A stretch of DNA of 64,000 nucleotides, taken from positions 1 through 64,000 of the forward strand of contig CAXXMB010000001.1 of assembly GCA_963668675.2 (NCBI GenBank). Reading direction: 5' to 3'. The notes beneath the pieces were generated by a model, which searched no databases, was not told the origin of the DNA, and worked only from the letters and a program-made list of their open reading frames with translations. A program made the translations under genes and the position numbers. Source of the DNA: an uncultured Desulfatitalea sp. (GTDB lineage: Bacteria > Desulfobacterota > Desulfobacteria > Desulfobacterales > Desulfosarcinaceae). Within the stretch, counting starts at the first letter, position 1. The number at the start of each line of letters is the position of its first letter. This document shows, piece after piece, positions 59,130-64,000 of this stretch.

Positions 59130-60572
59130 CTACTCTTGCTTTTCAAGGTATTTTTTCAATCGATGTCTCAGGGTGTTTCGGCTGATGCCCAGTGCCTTAG
59201 CCGCTTTGACTTGATTGTGACCGCACGCTTCGAGTGCTTTGAGGATGATGATCTCCTCTACCATCTCAATGATGTTGGCATGAACGCCCTGGTTTGACAG
59301 GTGCAGTATTTCCGGCAACACCATTTCGATTTTTTCTTTCAGCTGATCCATCAATTGCTCCCGATTAGCAGAGTGGGCGCTATGCGCTTTGGGATCATCC
59401 AGCAATTCGATGTGCTCTTGCGTGATTACATCTCCGGCACAGAGAATGACGGCACGCCGAATGCAATTTTCCAGCTCGCGGACATTACCCGGCCATGAGT
59501 ACTGACGAAACCCGTTCAAGACTGTTTCAGACACGTGGTGAACAGGCGTGCTGTATTCATTGCTGAATCTTTCTACAAAGCAATCCACCAGCTCCGGAAT
59601 ATCCTCGGTTCGCTTTCTTAGCGGCGGCATGTGAATTGTGATGACCTTCAAACGCCAGTAAAGGTCTTCGCGAAAGAGGCCCTTTTGGACTTCACGGGCA
59701 AGGTCTTTGTTGGTTGCTGCGATGATGCGGACATCCACGTGCAGGGTCTCCTTACCACCGACACGCTCAAATTCTCCCTCTTGCAACACGCGAAGTAATT
59801 TGGCTTGCAGCGCCATCGACATATCGCCGATTTCATCAAGGAAACAGGTGCCTCCATTGCACCGCTCGATTTTACCAAGCTTGATGCGTTGCGCTCCCGT
59901 GAATGCGCCGGGTTCGTAGCCGAACAACTCGCTTTCGAACAACTGCTCGGGGATAGCGGCGCAATTGATGGCCATAAAGGCCTTCTCTTTTCGGCGGCTA
60001 TGGTGAAATATCGCTCGTGCGACCAGCTCTTTCCCGGTGCCACTTTCACCGCTGATCAACACGGATACATCTTTCTCTGCGATCTGGCCGATCATTTTAT
60101 AGATCGACTGCATCGGTTTGCTTCGGCCGATGAATTTGAGTACGCCTTCCGATGCCGGGGGCGCATCCCTGATAGCGGGGTCGGGCAAAAAAACAACTTC
60201 GTTCATCTGGCGATTGAGTGCCAAGGCCTCACCGACGATGCGGCTGAGTTCTTCGCGTTCGAACGGTTTGTTCAAGTAATCATAGGCCCCTCGCTTCATG
60301 GCTTCGATGGCCGTATCGGTATTGCCGTAGGCGGTCATGATAATAACCGGTGTCTTTATATGGTCGGTTTTGATCTGTTTCAAAGTGTCCAGACCATTGA
60401 GCCCCGGCATTTTATAATCCAATAAAATGAGATCGAAACGTGTCTCGGAAATGGTTTCAAGCGCACGCTTTCCGTTTAAACACAGGGTCACCTCATAGCC
60501 TTTTCTTTTAAAAAAGCGATTGAGAAAGTGATTCAAGCCTTCGTCGTCATCGATAATTAATATCTTTTCCAT
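59130..60572 (-). CDS. Sigma54-dependent response regulator (NtrC family)
   Basis: REC (IIDDD, DYKMP), GESGTGKE, GAFTGA, LDEIG, WPGNVREL, Fis-type HTH. Confidence 0.95.
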   Translation of the reverse strand: MEKILIIDDDEGLNHFLNRFFKRKGYEVTLCLNGKRALETISETRFDLILLDYKMPGLNGLDTLKQIKTDHIKTPVIIMTAYGNTDTAIEAMKRGAYDYLNKPFEREELSRIVGEALALNRQMNEVVFLPDPAIRDAPPASEGVLKFIGRSKPMQSIYKMIGQIAEKDVSVLISGESGTGKELVARAIFHHSRRKEKAFMAINCAAIPEQLFESELFGYEPGAFTGAQRIKLGKIERCNGGTCFLDEIGDMSMALQAKLLRVLQEGEFERVGGKETLHVDVRIIAATNKDLAREVQKGLFREDLYWRLKVITIHMPPLRKRTEDIPELVDCFVERFSNEYSTPVHHVSETVLNGFRQYSWPGNVRELENCIRRAVILCAGDVITQEHIELLDDPKAHSAHSANREQLMDQLKEKIEMVLPEILHLSNQGVHANIIEMVEEIIILKALEACGHNQVKAAKALGISRNTLRHRLKKYLEKQE

Positions 60573-62445
60573 ATGCGTCCAATTTTGCTGATTTGGTAGG
60601 TAAAAACAATGAAAAAACAGTGCCGATGGACAAGTCGCTTTGAATCTGGATTTCACCGTTATGGCGTTTGATGGTATTGAGTACCAGCGGCAGCCCCAGG
60701 CCTGAACCGGAAGATTTGGTGGTATAGAAGGGTTCAAAAATCGAATCGATTTGATCGCTGGGGATGCCTTGGCCCGTGTCTTTGATGTCGATCCGGATGT
60801 ATTGGCTTCCGACACCCTCTCCGGTATCAATTTTGTCCACCATTGCCGATACGGTGATACGGCCCGATTCGGACATCGCTTCCAGAGCGTTGATCAAAAG
60901 GTTGATCAGCGCCTCTTCTACCAATTTTTTATCTGCCTTGATTTTAGGCAGCGGAGAGTGAATATCGATTTCTATTGTGCATTCCTGTTTGTTAGCCAGT
61001 GGTTTGATAATCACTGCCACATCGTTTAAAAGCCGGTCGATATCGATTTCAGAGAAGAAGAGATCTTTGGGTTTGGTGTAGTCGAGCAAGCGGTTTATGG
61101 CGGTTTCAATGCGTGTGATTTGCCCCATGGCAACATTGAAATCTTCTGAATATTCCAATGATATTTCGATTTCGTCCTCAATCGATTCGAGGAACAGCTT
61201 AAGGGAGGTCAGCGGCGTCCGGATCTCGTGCGCCACGGCGGCCCCCAAGCGCCCCAAGGCGGCAAATTTCTGCGACCGCTCTGCGATGCGCTTGAATTGC
61301 TTAAGGGTGTGCCCCGTCTCTTTGAGTTCGGCCTCTTTGAGATTGAATTGCGTTTCGAGATTGCTTTGCCGTTCCCCGATTTTCAAGGCCATATCGGTAA
61401 ACGCGCGGCAAAGAACGCCGATTTCATCCCGACGATCCGTTTCGAAGCTGTCCAGATCGAAAGACGCATGATTCGTACTTGCAAGGGCGTGGGCCGAATG
61501 GCTCAGCGCCTGTATGGGCCTTACGACAAGATGTGAGATGACCGAGGTGAGCACTAAAGCGCTGCACCCAGCCAACAGAAGCGTCAGGTAGATCGACCTT
61601 TTCAATCTTTCCACGCTCTGAAATGCTTCATCGCGGTCCTGCTCCACAACGATGTACCAGTCTGTACCACCGACTTTTTGAAAGGTGCCCAGTACTTCGA
61701 TTCCACGGTAATCCAAATAGGTCTTCGTGTGGTCCCGATTTCCAAAGATGTTGGTAAAGCTGGCCGATTGGGAAATGTTTTCGGATAAAATGCGCCCTGG
61801 CTCTTTGTGGGCAAGAAAGGTCCCGTTGCTGTCCACCAGATAGCACTCGCCTGTTTTTCCGAGGGAGATACTTAAAATGGTGTAGATGATGCTATTGGTG
61901 CCCACCGTGCCGTAAACCATTCCCACTTGTCGATCCGTATTGAAAATCGGGGCGGCGATATTGAAGATGGACTCTTTTTCATCTGAAAGAAAAACAATAT
62001 TGGATAGAAGCGGGCCTTTGCGGTCGCTACCGTTATCCCAGCGACCTGAAACGATGGATCCATGGCTGGCCGAAGTGCTGACGATAACTTCGTTTGCAGC
62101 GGATATGACCGTCATGTTCTTGTAGACACCGTAATGCTTTTGAATTAGATCGAGATAAGGGGTGATCCGTTCGACGTCCATGGATTGGAGCATCGAAGTG
62201 CCGGCAACCACCTGCAGATCCTGTTTGCGTTCATTCAGCCACCGTTCCAGGATGACGGCTTTGTCGGCCGCGATGTTTTCGAGTTGGCGCAGGACCATGC
62301 TTTTGATCAGCCCTTCGGTGGTGTTGATGGAAAAACCCCCGATAATGACCAAAGGGATAAGGGTCAAGGCCAGAAAGAGAAACACCAGCTTAGCTCTAAG
62401 GGTGAATAGGGGGGCGGTGATCTTCAAATTGCCGGTCTCTCCCAT
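60547..62445 (-). CDS. Cache/HAMP sensor histidine kinase
   Basis: Two TM segments, Cache-like YLVDSNG, HAMP DEIG, HEIRTPL, N box, DTGQG, GSGLGL. Confidence 0.93.
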   Translation of the reverse strand: MGETGNLKITAPLFTLRAKLVFLFLALTLIPLVIIGGFSINTTEGLIKSMVLRQLENIAADKAVILERWLNERKQDLQVVAGTSMLQSMDVERITPYLDLIQKHYGVYKNMTVISAANEVIVSTSASHGSIVSGRWDNGSDRKGPLLSNIVFLSDEKESIFNIAAPIFNTDRQVGMVYGTVGTNSIIYTILSISLGKTGECYLVDSNGTFLAHKEPGRILSENISQSASFTNIFGNRDHTKTYLDYRGIEVLGTFQKVGGTDWYIVVEQDRDEAFQSVERLKRSIYLTLLLAGCSALVLTSVISHLVVRPIQALSHSAHALASTNHASFDLDSFETDRRDEIGVLCRAFTDMALKIGERQSNLETQFNLKEAELKETGHTLKQFKRIAERSQKFAALGRLGAAVAHEIRTPLTSLKLFLESIEDEIEISLEYSEDFNVAMGQITRIETAINRLLDYTKPKDLFFSEIDIDRLLNDVAVIIKPLANKQECTIEIDIHSPLPKIKADKKLVEEALINLLINALEAMSESGRITVSAMVDKIDTGEGVGSQYIRIDIKDTGQGIPSDQIDSIFEPFYTTKSSGSGLGLPLVLNTIKRHNGEIQIQSDLSIGTVFSLFLPTKSAKLDAYGKDINYR

Positions 62446-62449
62446 TTTT

Positions 62450-64000
62450 TTATACTCGATAGCAGACCATCTGCTGCGTTTTGACATCGGACTGAAGGGT
62501 CAAACGAGGTTCGTCCAGTAGATACACTTTGAGAACATGCTGGAAGCGCTCCTCCTTGGGGAACAAAAGGGCAAGGGCATTGGTCATCGGGTTCAGCACT
62601 TCCGGATTGAAGAGGACATCGTTTCTTTCCGGATAGATGGCCGCATAGAAGATATTGGCTTCGGTCAGATCGTGGAAAAAGTGGGTCCCGAATGAAAGAT
62701 CCGGTATCAGGTTGCCGGCCTGGTAGCTGATCTCGGCCAGCACCGCAATATGGTTTATCTCGGAGAAGGTCACCGGAACGCCCATGGCCGGTGTTTGTGT
62801 GCCCCAGCGCCCAGGGCCGAGGAGCATGGTGGTCCGTTCTTGGCGGTCGGCCACCTGCCGGTTCAGTTTGCCGATCAGGCGGGCCACACTGTATTTTTCA
62901 GGCATTGAAAGGGCGGTATAGTGGATCGGATCAACCCATATAACGGCGTCAATGGTCAATGATACATTGCCTCCCATAAAGTTCCCTTTGGTTTTGATAA
63001 AGATGTCGGCGGGAGGAATCTTTTCGGGTATGCCGACCTCGGGGCGATTGCCGATGGTTTGAAACGGACGGCACTGGAGCAGATTGATCTGGATTTCATC
63101 TTCTTGATCATAGTTGACCGTAAATTCGATTTCCACAGGGGTGGTGTAGGCCTCTTCCAGGCGTTTGAGCATGGCGGCCATGATTTCAGTAAAACGGGTT
63201 TGGGTGAAAAACGGGTCAAAGGTTATAATCCACTGGTCATGGGCCGGCCCGGACGCCCCTGTCCCGTAACTTTGGGTTTGCCTGTCTCTGACGGCAATGG
63301 CATCCAGACGGAGACCCACCTTTTTTGCAGCGAGCTCATTCAAAGAGATGGTCTGCAATTCGTTGTCTTCGAGATTGAGATAATCCACATAGTGTTGGGA
63401 GTACTTTTTCAGCTCCCACATGCCGGCGAGCGGTTTTACGACAGGATCGTCCATGGCCACGATACGGGGATAATCATTTTCGACCCGGTTGACCGCGCGT
63501 GTGCCGAGGCCCAGGACGATGCGCAGCATGCCCGCGCCCGGGTCCATATGCTCTTTCCACACATAGGGATTGTGAGACAGGCCCACGCCGGCAAGTTCGG
63601 GGAAGAAGCAGCTTTTCCGATAAGCACCGGATACCCGTTGGACCAGTATGGCCATCTGCTCGTCCTGCTGGTCCAGCCCGCGCTGCAACCGGTACACCAA
63701 GGCATCTTCGTTCATCGTGCTGGCAAATATCTGCTTGACCGCTTCTTCGAACTTTTCATAACGCTTTTCCGGCGCGGCTTGGTTGACGCAAAAAAAACTT
63801 TCATACTTACCGGCGAAAGCGCTGCCGAACGCATCCTCCAACAGGCTGCTGGAGCGCACGATGATGGGCGATTGGCCAAAATACTCGAGCATGAGCTGAA
63901 AGCGCTCCCGGATGTGTTCGGGAAAACTGCCTTGCAGAATATTGCTTTTCAATTCCGTTGCTTTGTCGAAATAACCCTCCTTGGTTTTGTGCGCCATAAA
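62450..64000 (-). CDS. PEP/pyruvate-binding (PPDK N-terminal-like) domain protein, 5' end outside window
   Basis: IVRSSSLLED, FAGKYES, MAILVQ, GLGTRAV, EIEF, LLQCRP, GPGRWG, SFGTHFF. Confidence 0.85.
   Translation of the reverse strand, partial: FMAHKTKEGYFDKATELKSNILQGSFPEHIRERFQLMLEYFGQSPIIVRSSSLLEDAFGSAFAGKYESFFCVNQAAPEKRYEKFEEAVKQIFASTMNEDALVYRLQRGLDQQDEQMAILVQRVSGAYRKSCFFPELAGVGLSHNPYVWKEHMDPGAGMLRIVLGLGTRAVNRVENDYPRIVAMDDPVVKPLAGMWELKKYSQHYVDYLNLEDNELQTISLNELAAKKVGLRLDAIAVRDRQTQSYGTGASGPAHDQWIITFDPFFTQTRFTEIMAAMLKRLEEAYTTPVEIEFTVNYDQEDEIQINLLQCRPFQTIGNRPEVGIPEKIPPADIFIKTKGNFMGGNVSLTIDAVIWVDPIHYTALSMPEKYSVARLIGKLNRQVADRQERTTMLLGPGRWGTQTPAMGVPVTFSEINHIAVLAEISYQAGNLIPDLSFGTHFFHDLTEANIFYAAIYPERNDVLFNPEVLNPMTNALALLFPKEERFQHVLKVYLLDEPRLTLQSDVKTQQMVCYRV

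Overview
The window joins DNA from two different genomes. Bases 1-4014 are very AT-rich and carry thiM, cytX, a TPP riboswitch, rlmI, a HAD phosphatase and the 5' part of a phosphoglucomutase. At about 4014/4015 the sequence switches abruptly, in the middle of a gene on both sides, to GC-rich DNA resembling a sulfate-reducing deltaproteobacterium (Desulfobacterales-like, by inference). This is most likely an assembly or concatenation chimera. Bases 4015-39500 are mostly housekeeping genes: aor (truncated), serC, hisD, tkt, two moeA, archease-rtcB, a phosphomannomutase, trmO, epmA, hisS and aspS. Less usual genes here are a non-canonical class III cyclase, a double-esterase lipoprotein and a hydantoinase-A/HDAC/EpmA cluster. 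At least four families of small palindromic repeats sit in the intergenic gaps. tRNA-Asn(GTT) at 39593-39668 is followed by an accretion region with three more degenerate copies of the tRNA 3' end, each followed by a hairpin. These att-like sites separate integrase-less cargo blocks: an HTH/nucleotidyltransferase pair; an FAD oxidoreductase plus RimK-RCK_C/RimB-like/aspartoacylase module; a fatty acyl-CoA ligase; and a CoA ligase plus Liv-type ABC importer. The region also holds IS3, IS1634 and possibly RAYT scars. The window ends with a PEP/pyruvate-binding protein, histidine kinase and sigma54 regulator operon. No CRISPR array, rRNA or intact integrase was seen. All calls come from reading motifs by eye; no searches were run.
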